From assembly GCF_963506605.1 (NCBI RefSeq), contig NC_083292.1, forward strand, positions 23,560,001-23,624,000: a stretch of 64,000 nucleotides of DNA, given 5' to 3'. This DNA is from Zootoca vivipara. Its lineage: Eukaryota. The position numbers were made by a program, and so were the translations under genes. Under the pieces are notes generated by a model, which had not been told where the DNA came from, searched no databases, and was given only the letters and a program-made list of their open reading frames with translations. Below are positions 23,518 to 35,152 of this stretch, in pieces (position 1 is the stretch's first letter; each line of letters opens with the position of its first letter).

Positions 23518-24477
23518 GTAAGTACATCACAGTCTTCACCAACAATGAGTGTTCCCGTTTTTTTCATACTGGCCCAAACTGAAAACCTGATCACTTTTCT
23601 GATCTCATCATAGAGCATACAGTTAAAGAAATAGTGGTCTAATATTTCAACTTTATTTGTTCTAGCTATTTGAATGGGAAGGGATGAGCAGACTTCAGAC
23701 TTGCAGGATCTGTTTTGATTTTGGGTTTGTTTTTTACTAGACTCCTGAGATCCAGGAAACAGGTGCAAGATACAAACTTAGAATAAAAGAATTTTGATTG
23801 TACTGTATGTGAACACAGTCCTTCCACACAAAAATCCTCTCCTGGTTACCCCCAAGTTTTCTTCATTTCAGCAGCCATAATTAGGGGGAGAGGAATTTTG
23901 TTGCTTCTATAGTTAAACACAGAAATCCTTGCTGATCTGCAAATCACCCAGAGATCTACCAGCAGATTCATAGTTCCTTTTTCAGATCTATGAGGGGATG
24001 TGCACATAGCAGCCTGTTTCCATTCTCTGGATTTGCAGTGAAAGAAAAGTGTGTGGTTTGTGAAACTGGCACAGACTTGCTTATTGAAGCTAAGAAGCAA
24101 CTTTAGAGAATAGAACCTCAGATTCATTCCACTGGGTGCTTATTTTAAGCTCCCTAGATTTAAATTGCTTTTTTGCATCAGCAGGATCCAGCCATGTTGA
24201 TTTATAATAAGTACTAGGTTGAAACATCAGAAAGTCTTAAATGTATTCAGCAGTCTTGGCAGTTTGTTCCAGCAGTTCTTGTAACCATGAGTCCTTTAGG
24301 CTTCTTATCAGAGTCCGGTAGTCAACAACCTTTGCAACAGAGGTGCTTGTCCTTTGCCTGCTATGGCATGTAAGGCTGGGAGAGATGCAGTAGGGAACAC
24401 ACCTTGAGAAAGCTGTTAGCATGTTCTCCATTCTGTTATGACTTGTGGAATCCAGTGGGTGGAGGGAAACCATACAG

Positions 24478-24778
24478 CAGGGGTCCCCAAACTACAGCCC
24501 GGGGGCTGGATGCGGCCCGCATGAGCCAATTGTGCGGCCCTCGACGACCCCCGACGCCGCCCGCTCTTACTGGCACACCGTGGTTCGGTTGCCCATCTCC
24601 GGGTTGGCACGGCGCCAGAAATATCTTGTGCGCACACATGGGCCGGAGGGCGGGGGAACACGCTCCCATACACACGTGCACAAGCTATTTCCGGCGCCGC
24701 ACCAAAAAAAGCGTGTGCCCACCGCACAATCGGCGCCAGAGGAACCGGCCTGAAGCCGGGTAAGTTTGGGGTCCCCTG
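24478..24778. mobile_element. Non-autonomous hAT (Charlie-like) element
   Basis: TIRs caggggtccccaaact / agtttggggtcccctg; 8-bp TSD ccatacag. Confidence 0.85.
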
Positions 24779-25554
24779 CCATACAGAATAAAATTGTGAC
24801 CTTTGTCCTTGTATATTTTGTGCTGTCATTTGAAATCCACCTTTGCTAAAGTAGTACATAATTCTTGTTTAAAACCATATAAAATGTCATGGTTCACTGG
24901 CTTTACAAGTCCAGCCTCTGGTTTTATCAGAGTTAATCTTTTCCTTAAATTTTGATAGCTCAGTTTCAAGCCACCATCCTAAATGCAGTTTTTCTTATTG
25001 CTTCTAGAAGCAAAATGCCACAACTACTGAGGGCAGGGAAATATTTACTGTTGTGCATGGTAGTATCCATATGGAAGATGTTCAGGTATAAATGAAACTG
25101 TAACATTTGAATGCGCAACAGGAATGTTCTCAGCATTTTGACTGGGGGCAGTGGGGGAAAGTCCTCTGCTGAGGATTAATACGCTGAAGATGAGAAATCA
25201 AGCAACACAGAGAGTGTTTGATATGCTTTGGCACACTGTGAATTATGTGCAAATCATGCAGGAGGCGGAGTGAGCTGTGGTATAGGATGGGTTGTTTGAT
25301 GCTTAGCCTTCAAACTTTTAAGACAGGGGCCAGTTCCTTGTACCTTAATAGGTGCCAGTGGCCTGCTCCTTCCTTGTGGCTCTTAAAGAATTGCCCAGCA
25401 AGCCACATCAGCTGATTCATTCTGCATTCTTCTGGTATCAAACAGATGTGTTTCAGGCTGAAGCCTTTCTAGGGCACATCAAAGTATGAGTGGGTTCCAG
25501 TAATTAAATGTCATATGTTCCGTATTGATAACCTTCTGTCTGCTGCTTTATCAG

Positions 25555-26905
25555 ACTATGCGTTCGTTCACATGGAGAAGGATGAGGATGCCAAAGCCGC
25601 CATTGAACATCTTAATGGAAGGGAAGTCAAGGGCAAGAGAATTAATGTGGAACTTTCTAATAAGGCTCATAAAAGGGGGCCAGCTGGGCACACCGGCCAG
25701 TTGGGCAACAGAGCTGAAAAGAACAAAATACCAACCCTGGATAAACTACAGCCCAGGAATGACAATTTGAGATCTGGTAATCTTGCTTTCCCAGCGGGAG
25801 GAACTACTTATTCTTCACTGGAGTATGACTATCAGCAGCACCTGGGGAACAACAATTTAACCAAAATTGATTCCCAAGACAGTCAGGCTAGGCAGGTACC
25901 TGCTTCCTATTTTGGAAGGGACAGAAGCCCCATTAGACGCTCACCAACAAGAGCAGGTTACATACTTCCTATGGCAGCCCAGCAAGCATCCTACAGAGAC
26001 CAGGCTTCTGCCTCCCTCGGGACAGCCTACAGAGACCAGCCTGCAGCATCACTTGGGATGGCTTACAGACCCCAGCCTACAACTGGGCAGGCTGCAATGT
26101 ACAGAGCCCAGTCCTCAGCCATGCTTGGAAATCAATATAGAGCCCAGTCTTCTGTTCCCCAGGCAACTTCTGGGGCCCAGCCAGCAGCCTCCGCACTAAC
26201 ATCCTACAGTGCCCAAGCAGCTGCTTATGGAGCACAGGTGGCTGCTTCTCAAGTCCCTTCTTATGAGGCCCAGCCCACAACAACATACGCTGCCACTTAT
26301 GGGGCCCAGGCTGCTGCAACATATGCAGCAGCTTCCTACGGTGCCCAGGCAGCAGCTGCCGCTGCTGCCCTCTCAGCATCTTATGGGGCCCAACCTGCAG
26401 CCAACCAAGCAGCCTTGTACGGTACCCACCCTCTCTCAACACAGTCAGCTTCATATGGAGTCCAGTCAGCTGTTGGCCATGCAGCTTCTTACGGGGCCCA
26501 GGCTGCATCTGCCCTGCCAGCTGCATATGGCGCACAGGCTGCAGCAAACTTGGCAGCTGCTTATGGTATACAGGATGCAGCAGCAGCAGCAGCAGCAGCA
26601 GCAGCTGCTTCCTATAAAACACAGCTCTCTGCTTCACTGTCAACAGCCTACAGAGCACAAGTCTCAAACCCAGCGGAGACGGCTTATGCTGCACAGCAAT
26701 CCACTTCTGTTCCCTTAGCTGCAGGTTACAGAGCTCAGCCATCATACAATGGGCTGACTCAATCTGCACAACAGGCAGCCTCATATACAGCATTGTCCCA
26801 GTCAGAAGCTGCAGCTCTCCATCCGCCGTATGAACGCACTCGCCTCTCTCCACCGCGTGGCAACCGTGAGGATCTCTACAGAAAAGCAGCTGCAATGAAT
26901 AAGAG
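25555..26905 (+). CDS. RBM14: RBM14 exon 2 (rest of RRM2 and the SYGAQ-repeat prion-like domain)
   Basis: tttatcag| DYAFVHMEKDEDAKAAIEHLNGREVKGKRINVELS...GRDRSPIRRSP...(A/S)YGAQ repeats...PPYERTRLSPPR...AAAMNKR |gtatgc. Confidence 0.95.
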
Positions 26906-27827
26906 GTATGCAGCTAGACCAGTTGTAATGCTTTTCACGCCAATCGCACCTTCTGCCCAAGGATTTTTCTGCACTTTTCAGAGGGGTTCAAAGGAGAACT
27001 TCATTCTGTGGTTCCATGGGAGGGAGCAGAATTCCTGCTATGACTTTAAATTTGCATTTATTCGAAAGCAAGGATGGGTCAGGAGTGGGGCTTGCTTAAC
27101 CTTTGCTACACTGGCTGTGCCATTAGTTTCTCTCTATCAGATCTTTCTAATCTTTTCTGTGCTTTACTGTTTGTGGGGAAGGGAGCAAATATGGGCTGCG
27201 CTGTTACCATTTCCCCCCGCCTGCACATATCTCTGGATAATTGTGAGTACGTGTTTGCGAGAAGGCTCTGCTACTTGACCAGATCCCACCACACAGAAGG
27301 CAAACTAGACCTTTGAGACTTGACTGAGATTGCAAATAAGAGTTGCACCAGCTTAATTCCTGGCAATGACGAGCATAATCCATCGTTTTCGGTCACCTCC
27401 AACATCTCCAAGTCTTTTTGAGCCTTGATACTCCTTAGCTCTTGTATCCATCTTAGAAACTATTGGGTGTAGTTTTGTGAGGTCTGGGCCTCCTGCATGG
27501 TACTGTGCTTTATCACTGTTCTGATGGGAGGCTCAAAATTCTGCTTAAATGATGAAGTATAATGAGTATTACAGAATAGCTGAACCACTGAGAGATTATT
27601 CCCCATGTCTGAGAGAAGTAAAACGGCCCCAGTTGCAGTCAGACAATGGAGGAAAGATTATTGTTTAGATTCCTTTAGTAGGCTCTTTTCTGTGCTTACA
27701 ACACAGCAGTCATCTTCTGTGCAGGTGGAGGGGGCCTTCTCAATCATAGTGTGTATATAATGTAAGGCATCGGCCATGAGGGTTTTTATTTATTTATCAA
27801 ATATCTAATGTCTCTTCTCTTAACCAG

Positions 27828-28053
27828 GTACGGTTCTGACCTCTCAGATGACCGCCGTTTATCTGACCTCTCAGATTTCCGCCATTTAACAGACTCCCCC
27901 CACGCGTACCGCCATTCGCCGACAAAAGCTCAACTGGATTATCGCCGTCTCCCAGAAACACAGTCTGATTATGCCCGATATGCGGGTGCCTATGGCGATT
28001 ACATGCGTAACGCACAACTGCAGCTGCATGCTAGTTACCAGCGCCGCCTGTAA
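27828..28053 (+). CDS. RBM14: RBM14 exon 3, ending at stop codon
   Basis: taaccag| [20 protein letters not shown]...[13 protein letters not shown]...YQRRL*. Total CDS 1926 nt (641 aa). Confidence 0.95.
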
Positions 28054-28716
28054 AGGATTTCCCCCGTCTTTCCTGGGGTGGGACTGCGTCATTGTTCTGG
28101 CGCCCGCCGTTGTAACACGTCTAGCATAAACCCCAACTGCTACATCCTTGATGAGAAGTCTTTGCCATTTGATTTCAGAATATCCTTTTAGTCACTACAT
28201 TTCTTCCCACCCTTTGTCACAGTGCCCTTAGCAGCTTGTCATTGTAGCTCTTGTATCTTCTGTTGTTGTTGTCCTTTCCTATACCAAGTAAAGGGTGTTG
28301 TTTACTTTAGCGAGCCATATGGGGCCATCCAAGACAAACCGTTTTCTAGGAGAGTCTTGTGGTTGCTATCCTAATTTCAATGTTAGGGCTCTGTGCTCGG
28401 CCTCAGGACTGCTGTAAATTGCTGTATATTCAGTCTTTTTAAAACCAAAGTCCCTGGGTGAAGGTGGCAACATGGTGAACATTTGCTTCTGGTTCCTTGG
28501 TCCTGCCTCTTGCCATGTCCCACCAGTTAGAAAGGAAACTGTTCTAGCATTGAAATCCTCATTTAATGTGCTTGTTGAAAGGATCACTTTGTATCCTTTC
28601 CAAGTGAGCTCAGTTGCTTTTATGTAACAGCATCATTTGATTTTTGCTAATATAGAGTGCACAAGTAAACCTGAAGTTAGAAGTGAGTTTAGGTTTTATT
28701 TTTTGTATTAACTGTA

Positions 28717-28722
28717 AATAAA
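28717..28722 (+). terminator. Probable RBM14 poly(A) signal
   Basis: AATAAA after a U-rich stretch containing TGTA, with GT-rich sequence downstream. Confidence 0.65.
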
Positions 28723-30729
28723 AAGTAGGCAGACTGATAGTTTAGGAAATCCAGCTGCCTGGTGGTTTTGGTGGGGTGTGTGTGTTGCTATTATTCCTTT
28801 CATATTGAAGTGTGTACGTAAACAGCAGAACTCAGGACCATCGCTGCTGGTGGGTGATCATCACACAGTGATGATAATAAGTGATCAATGCTATCAAAAT
28901 ACTCCCCTTTTTAGTTGCACAGGATATTTACTGGCCTGGAACACCCTTCAGGCCTAGAACTGGGAGGTCTCTGTCTCCAGTGTTTGTTATTCCTTCAATA
29001 TTTAAGACTGCTCCCTTACAATCTTATTGGGAACCTCTCCCTTCTCTCTCCCCACCTCAACCAATATATCTACCCTATTTGTCTTTCATGATGTTAAGTT
29101 TTTCAGATAGTGGGAGCAGTCAAGTTTTTCACAGGGGCTCAAGTAGGGGAATGCCATAGGATAGGTGAGGGCTCCACACCCCAAGATGTAGGAGAAATCG
29201 AGAGAGATGTTCATGAAGCTGTGAAGGGCTGAAGTGATGGTTCTGTCAGGAGCAAGTGTGGAGTTCAGCTTGATGTTGCCTACTATATTTGTTAGATTGT
29301 GCCATGCCCTACTACTGCTATCTCTGCACAAAATAGAGTGCCAGAATGCTGAGGGGTGAGGACAGCTGGACATCTTCCAGAATGTTATTGGCAGGTAGTT
29401 GTACTCTCCCCAAGTGCTGCTGCTTTTGTAGGAGGAAACCTGTTTTCATCTCTTGCAGCATAACTTTTTTTGTTTTTTTTAAATGAATGTTTTTTTCTGC
29501 CACTGTTAACTCACAGTGCAACTGCAAAGAGACCCCCCCCCTATGAACAGCAGTAGCAATTAAAATCTAATCAGAGTTTTAAATAAGCGTGGCTACACAA
29601 AGCAAAAAGCAGCATTGTCAACTGACAATGTTTGCTGAACGCTCGCTCAGTTTCTAGTAATAATTTGACAAAAATGCTTGGAGTGAAGCCAATCTTATCT
29701 GTGTTTTTCCAAGTAGGTAGTTAATTAATAACTGTACTGCTTTTTATAGGATTATGATTTTGGGGCAACTGATTAAAATGTGCAAACTTGCTGTATTCCT
29801 GGCCTGAATCTGTTCCATGTTTTTAAGGTTCTTGAGTTTTGGGGCAAATATTTCTTGTGACATGATCTGCCCTCTTAGTTTCCCAGCGCAGACAGAATCA
29901 CCCAAGAACACATCAACAAGCTCTAAGTAGTGTTTTGCTTGTTCCCTTTGTGTCAGATGAGCTGCATTTCCAGTCTAGAGTGGATTTCTCCTTAAAACCA
30001 AAGGGCACAGTCTTACATATAATTACTTTCCCCTTCAATTAGTGAGGCCTACATTGAACTTTCCCAATGAGACCACAAATGGAACTGTGTAAAAGGAGCA
30101 GCACTCTTTGTTTTTATGCTGCCTGTAGTTACACAATCATCTGCCTTCTGTGCCCCTTGGGGAAAAGGTAATTATGGGCCTTGAGAGTTGATGGGCTGGT
30201 CAGATGTGCATCGATGCAAAGGGAAGAGATCTCTGATTTTACTGTGGTAGAAGTGAGACAGCAAGCATTTCTCCTGGTATATGTTCAGTTTCTATCCTTC
30301 AAGAGCTTACTGCCCATCTGCACCGTGTCTCCTCTCCCATTTATTAAAAATGGTGTGGTGGGGCATTTTAAAAAATGGGTCTGGAAAACAATGTAACACT
30401 TCCCTACTGCCTCAGGGAAGTAGTTCATGACAGCGCAAGTCTGATCCATTTCTCTGCAGACAGAAGAGGAAATGTGAGCTGTGTTAAGTGTGTAAAAAGT
30501 GCATTGCAGAAGACCTATATCTAAGTGATCAAGCCTTGCTGAACCAAGGATTTTCAGTTCAGCTTCCTGAACACAAATTTAACCACCGTTTCCTTCTGGG
30601 GTTTCTAGCCATAAGCACTTTGATGTCCTGAATTAAATATTAAAATAGTATGTTCCTTATAAGTTGCCCATTCACTCAGTGCAGTGTATCCATCCCTGGG
30701 TTGTGTCCCAACCTCAGGTTTAATCTAGT

Positions 30730-30856
30730 TACAGGTAGGTAGCCGTGTTGGTCTGAGTTGAAACAAAATAAAAAAATTCCTTCAGTAGCACCCTCAAGAC
30801 CAACTAAGTTTTTATTTTGGTATGAGCTTTCGTGTGCATGCACACTTCATCAGATA
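30730..30856. mobile_element. Penelope-like retroelement terminal fragment
   Basis: gtagccgtgttggtctg...agaccaactaag...gagctttcgtg...cacttcatcagata. A related diverged copy lies in the opposite orientation near 11340-11430. Confidence 0.55.
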
Positions 30857-31199
30857 ATCTGATATACTGGTAGGTTGAATTGGCTTCCTTTTAAAGAACA
30901 CTGAAATTGTAGCCTTCAGAGGAGCCTGCTGGGTTGAGGAGAATTCTGTTGCTTCCTCTAGCATGAATTGATTCAGCAAATGTTACTGGAAAGACTGATC
31001 AGTCACACACCTGCTTACACTTACCCTTCAGCAAACCTCAGATTAGGTGTCAATATTGTGCATCACAGGTCACTTAAGTAGACACATCATCAAAGCTAGT
31101 TTCCCTAGTGTCACTACATATCCCTTTGGAACCCGCCTTTCCTAAGCTGAGGTTAGGACCCGTTACCGACTTGCCCCAGGAAGCTTTGCGACTGCGGGA

Positions 31200-32170
31200 C
31201 AAATGGAGCACAGGTCTCTGCGGCTCCAAGTGTCAACCTGTTTGCGGCGTCAGACTTGTACCCCTTCTGATAAGTCTCTGCGAGAAATTTTTCCAGCATA
31301 AAACTAGGTTCGAGCCCTCTGGTATAGTAGGCCTTTTTAAGAATTCCGCCTCGCCCTGCGCCCCCAGCTGGTGGAGCGCGGCCCCGTCGGAGAGGCGAGC
31401 CAACACGGAGTTCTTGAGGGTGGCGGCGGATAATGAGGTTGCTTTCGCGGGTCGCACACCAAATGCGTCTTCAAGGAGGGGGCAGTTGCGCTGGGCGCCC
31501 ACACACCCCGCCGGCGAACAGAGGAGAGGCAGCCGGGAAGGCGCTGCAGTCGGCAGCGCTGCAAAGCCTCTTGGGCTAGGGCTATGCATTTGGACGTGGC
31601 GGGCCAATGCGTGCTCGCTTGGAGGGAGTCCGAGGCCGGAGTGGAGACAAGTTGGCGGCGGCACAGATAGACGCCGCCACTTGGCCATCCTCACCGGATC
31701 CGGCAAGAGCGGCGGCGGCGGCGCATACCACCCGTTGCCACAGCAACCGCCTCAGAGGCGGAACCGGACGATACTTTTAACGGTGGCAGGAAGTTCTGCC
31801 CTCTTTTTAACATATTTTGCGTCGATTGGTAGAAGCCAGTTTTCTCCTAGACCTAAGCCAATCGCCCTCAGCGGCTTTCTTTTCCACAGGCGCGCGCGCG
31901 GGGGAGGGGAGGTATTAAAATTCAGCGCTCCCTTGTCGCGATTGGTCGTAACCACAGAACTACAAAACGAAGACGCGCACCTCGCACGGATTTTAAACAG
32001 CTACCACATTCCGAGCTGGAAATGTGTGGCAAAATCTGGGGTTTTACTGTAAGCGCGACTCCATCCCTCTTCGTCCTCTTTCCAACTTGAGTCTTCGTGT
32101 GAAAAAAAATACTGTTTTCTTTGCTTGCTTTTAAACATCCTGCCAATGCAAATGCCAGCATGATGGTTAC
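31200..32170 (-). promoter_or_regulatory. Orphan CpG-island promoter with no assigned gene
   Basis: CpG-rich. RFX X-box GTTGCCACAGCAAC at 31734-31747; GGAAGT at 31789; CCAAT/ATTGG at 31825, 31858 and 31941; minus-strand CCG|GTGAG donor at 31695/31694. Confidence 0.6.
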
Positions 32171-33638
32171 GTTGCTTGAAGCTTTAGTTCAGTCTCAGCC
32201 CTAATGGAGCACTCAGTTGCCTACAGAAGTCTCACGCTCCGCTACCTCGCGCACAGAAGAGTTGCGCTTTCACATTTTTCTGAAATGATTAAAAAAATAA
32301 GAAATGAGCAAAAATACTCATATTTGCTACAATCTTTGACCAACAACAACTACAGTAAAGTTCTGGATTTTCCCATTGATTTCTATGCCCAGTGTTCGCT
32401 TCTGTATAGTGGGGGCGGGAAAAGTCCACCGAGAAACAGAACTGCTTTGGGCCAGCCTGTATTTTCCTTTCCGAGGTCAGCCCGCCTTTAGTGGGTGCTG
32501 CTGAATTGTCATTAGCTTAAACTTCCGGGGTAGCTTTGTACAGTAAAACATTTCTAGTCGCCCGTGGGACACGAGGGCTTCCTATTGCAAGAACATCAGA
32601 AACTACGAAGAAAGAGTTTCGGCGTTGCTATTGCCGGAAGGGGAAAGGTATAAAAAGAAAACCACCAAGCAATTTTACTTTTGCTGCCTCTGACATGGTA
32701 TTAGTTGGTTTTTGCTTCCTTACTTCATTTGAACAGGACAACCCGCCCCGCAAAGAAAAGAACCCCGGGAACTGGGTCTGAAGATACAACCATGTGAACA
32801 AAGCTAGCCGAAAGAGTACATTTGAAATGTTTTTAATATCCTGCTACATCATTGTTTCTGTCTATTTGGCAATTACTAGCGAGTGATCTCTGTAATATTT
32901 CACTGCAGACCCTGATCTGTTCTGTTGCATTTCATCAATAAAGAGCAAAAAGGCAATAATATGAAGTCTCTTATTAGAGAGTATCAAGCTCAGTCTCCCA
33001 TATACTGGGTTGGTATCAGTATGAAACAAGATGGTTATGACCTCATCCCCAGCCTGCAGACGGGATCATAGTGGGGGATTACACTGTTGGATTGTCATAA
33101 ACATCACAGTCTCCTTACCCCACCACTTGGACTGCATACATGCCCTACAATTAAAGCACATGGCTCCCCCCCCCCCCAAGTGTTCTGGGAACTGAAACTT
33201 TCACCTTACAGTACTACAACTCCCAACAAAACTACCGTTTCTGAGGTTCTTTTTTTGGGGGGGGATCTATGCCCTATATTTGCATTTCAGGTTTTTTTTT
33301 AACCCTCAGTCACATCTATCCCAAATAAGATTATTTTTAATAGCATGAACTCCTTTTTTCTTTTTGCCTTTACTTGACACTGAGAGGTCAAAATACCCAG
33401 GCTGCTGCCAACTGACTGCAACAATAAACTCCTGGGTTTCTCCAGCATCTCCAGAAGTAGTTTTCACTTTAATTAGAACATAAGGGCATCCCAGAGGAAC
33501 TTGTAAGTCCTGCAGGTAAATGAATTATTAGTGTTGAGCTGCAATATTATACATACCTAGAAGTATGTCCTATTAAATTCAGTAGAATTTGAGTACATAT
33601 GCATAGAATCGTACTGTAAGATATCTGTGTTTTGGTTA

Positions 33639-33906
33639 AAAAGGTAAAGGGACCACTGACCATTAGGTCCAGTCGTGACTGACTGGGGTTGCGGTGCTCA
33701 TCTCGCGTTATTGGCCAAGGGAACCGGCGTACAGCTTCCAGGTTGTGGCCAGCATGACAAAGCCGCTTTGGTGAACCAGAGCAGCACACGGAAACGCCGT
33801 TTACCTTCCTGCTGGAGCGGTACCTATTTATCTACTTGCACTTTGATGTGCTTTTGAACTGCTAGGTTGGCAGGAGCTGGGACCTAGCAACGGGAGCTCA
33901 CCCCGT
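33639..33906 (-). mobile_element. 5'-truncated Sauria SINE
   Basis: aaaggtaaaggg...cgggagctcacccc. Confidence 0.85.
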
Positions 33907-34564
33907 ATCCCTGGGAAACCCCAGTCATAAAAGAAGCAACGATTTAGCCCATTATTGCCCCCTCAAACTGGCAGCTGCTCTTCTACATCACCTACCACCT
34001 GATACTGATTTCACCAAGGATGCCATGAATTGAACCTAGAACATTTTGCATGCAAAGATGTGAACTATGATCCCACCCATACTTAATTCACCTAGACCAG
34101 CACTGTGTATTCCACAGGGCAGCAGCTCTCCATTTTCTCATTCAAATGCCTTGCCAAATCCTGGGGCACTCTACATAGAAAGCATGTGCTCTACCACTGA
34201 ACCTTGCCTCCCACTGAGCATGTGCAGAGTGCCTTCTCTCCCTTGAAGCGGCTGCAAACTTGAAGGAGCTGCAAAGTCCTCCCGCAAACACATCGTGGGT
34301 TTATGGGAGGGAAGCCTGTGCGTGCCAGAATCTACGGATTCCAGGCAAGCTTGAAACTATACTCTACGCTGCCCGCTAGCCAATTTCCGTGCGTGTACGT
34401 AAAGTGGAAGCAAACGTCCCGCCGGAACCTTCGTTTTAAGGCCTCAGTTTCGTGGGGGGAGGGAAAGAAAAGAGGACAGAGAGGTTTGTAGGCGGAGTTT
34501 CTGCGAGGAACGAGCAGGGAGGAGGCGTGGTCAAAGCCGGAAGCTGCGGCGTCCGGGGAACATC

Positions 34565-34583
34565 ATGGCGCTGAACGCGGCAG
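34565..34583 (+). CDS. ZNRD2: ZNRD2 (SSSCA1) exon 1
   Basis: ATCATGG Kozak; MALNAA G|gtaagt; upstream CCGGAAG ETS and GGCGTGG GC-box motifs. Confidence 0.88.
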
Positions 34584-34740
34584 GTAAGTGAGGGAGGAGC
34601 GGTAACCATGGCAACCGGGCCTGCAGGCCCTGGCGAGAGGCGAGCCTGGCCTAGTAATCGGCTAGCGGGACGGGGACTGAGAAGGCTTGTTTCCCCACCT
34701 CACCCACCGCCGCTCCTCCCATTCTCCCTCCCTCGCCCAG

Positions 34741-34889
34741 GCGACGAACCGGAATGGCAGCCGCCGTCGGAGGCGGAGCTGAAGGTGATCCAGGCCCGGC
34801 AAGAACGGCAGGACAAGATCAGCAAGCTGATGAGCGACTATCTCCTCAAGGGCTACCGCATGCTGGGCGACTCCTGCGAGGAGTGCGGG
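34741..34889 (+). CDS. ZNRD2: ZNRD2 exon 2
   Basis: cccag| DEPEWQPPSEAELKVIQARQERQDKISKLMSDYLLKGYRMLGDSCEECG |gtgaga. Confidence 0.95.
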
Positions 34890-35152
34890 GTGAGAGGAGG
34901 CGAAGGCGCCTGGTCATGTTTGCGCGAAACATGAGGGGGAGAACGAGGGAACCTCTGAGCACGCTCAGAGTACCTATCTCTGCTGTCATCCCTTTCTCTC
35001 TGCTCCGCCAAGGAAGAATTTCTGGGCAGGTGGGAGCTGCAGCACAACTGAGAGGAGTTTAGGGCTTTTTTAAAAAAACAACAACAACACCATTCTTAAA
35101 CTCAAGCACCTTAACAGGCAGGAGAATTCCCTGAAGTGCGGTGCTATTATAT

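Noticed and set aside
26077-26895. 272-aa antisense ORF and 169-aa alternate-frame polyQ ORF
   Set aside because: Shadows of the GCA/GCT-rich RBM14 exon 2.
29460-29640. U-rich tracts followed by AAAGCAAAAAG, checked as a MALAT1-like triple helix plus mascRNA
   Set aside because: No paired U-rich motifs of the required form and no tRNA-like cloverleaf after the A-rich tract.
31038-31092. Minus-strand TGATGA...CTGA resembling a C/D-box snoRNA
   Set aside because: Only about 55 nt, no convincing terminal stem, no rRNA/snRNA guide complementarity that I recognise, and it lies just upstream of a splice donor, so it would be exonic.
31108-32052. 314-aa plus-strand ORF
   Set aside because: GTG start, no recognisable domain; a typical stop-poor frame across a CpG island.
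32140-32720. Octamer plus TATAAAA as an snRNA-type Pol III promoter
   Set aside because: The spacing is too long, T-runs follow the TATA immediately, and no known small RNA sequence is recognisable.
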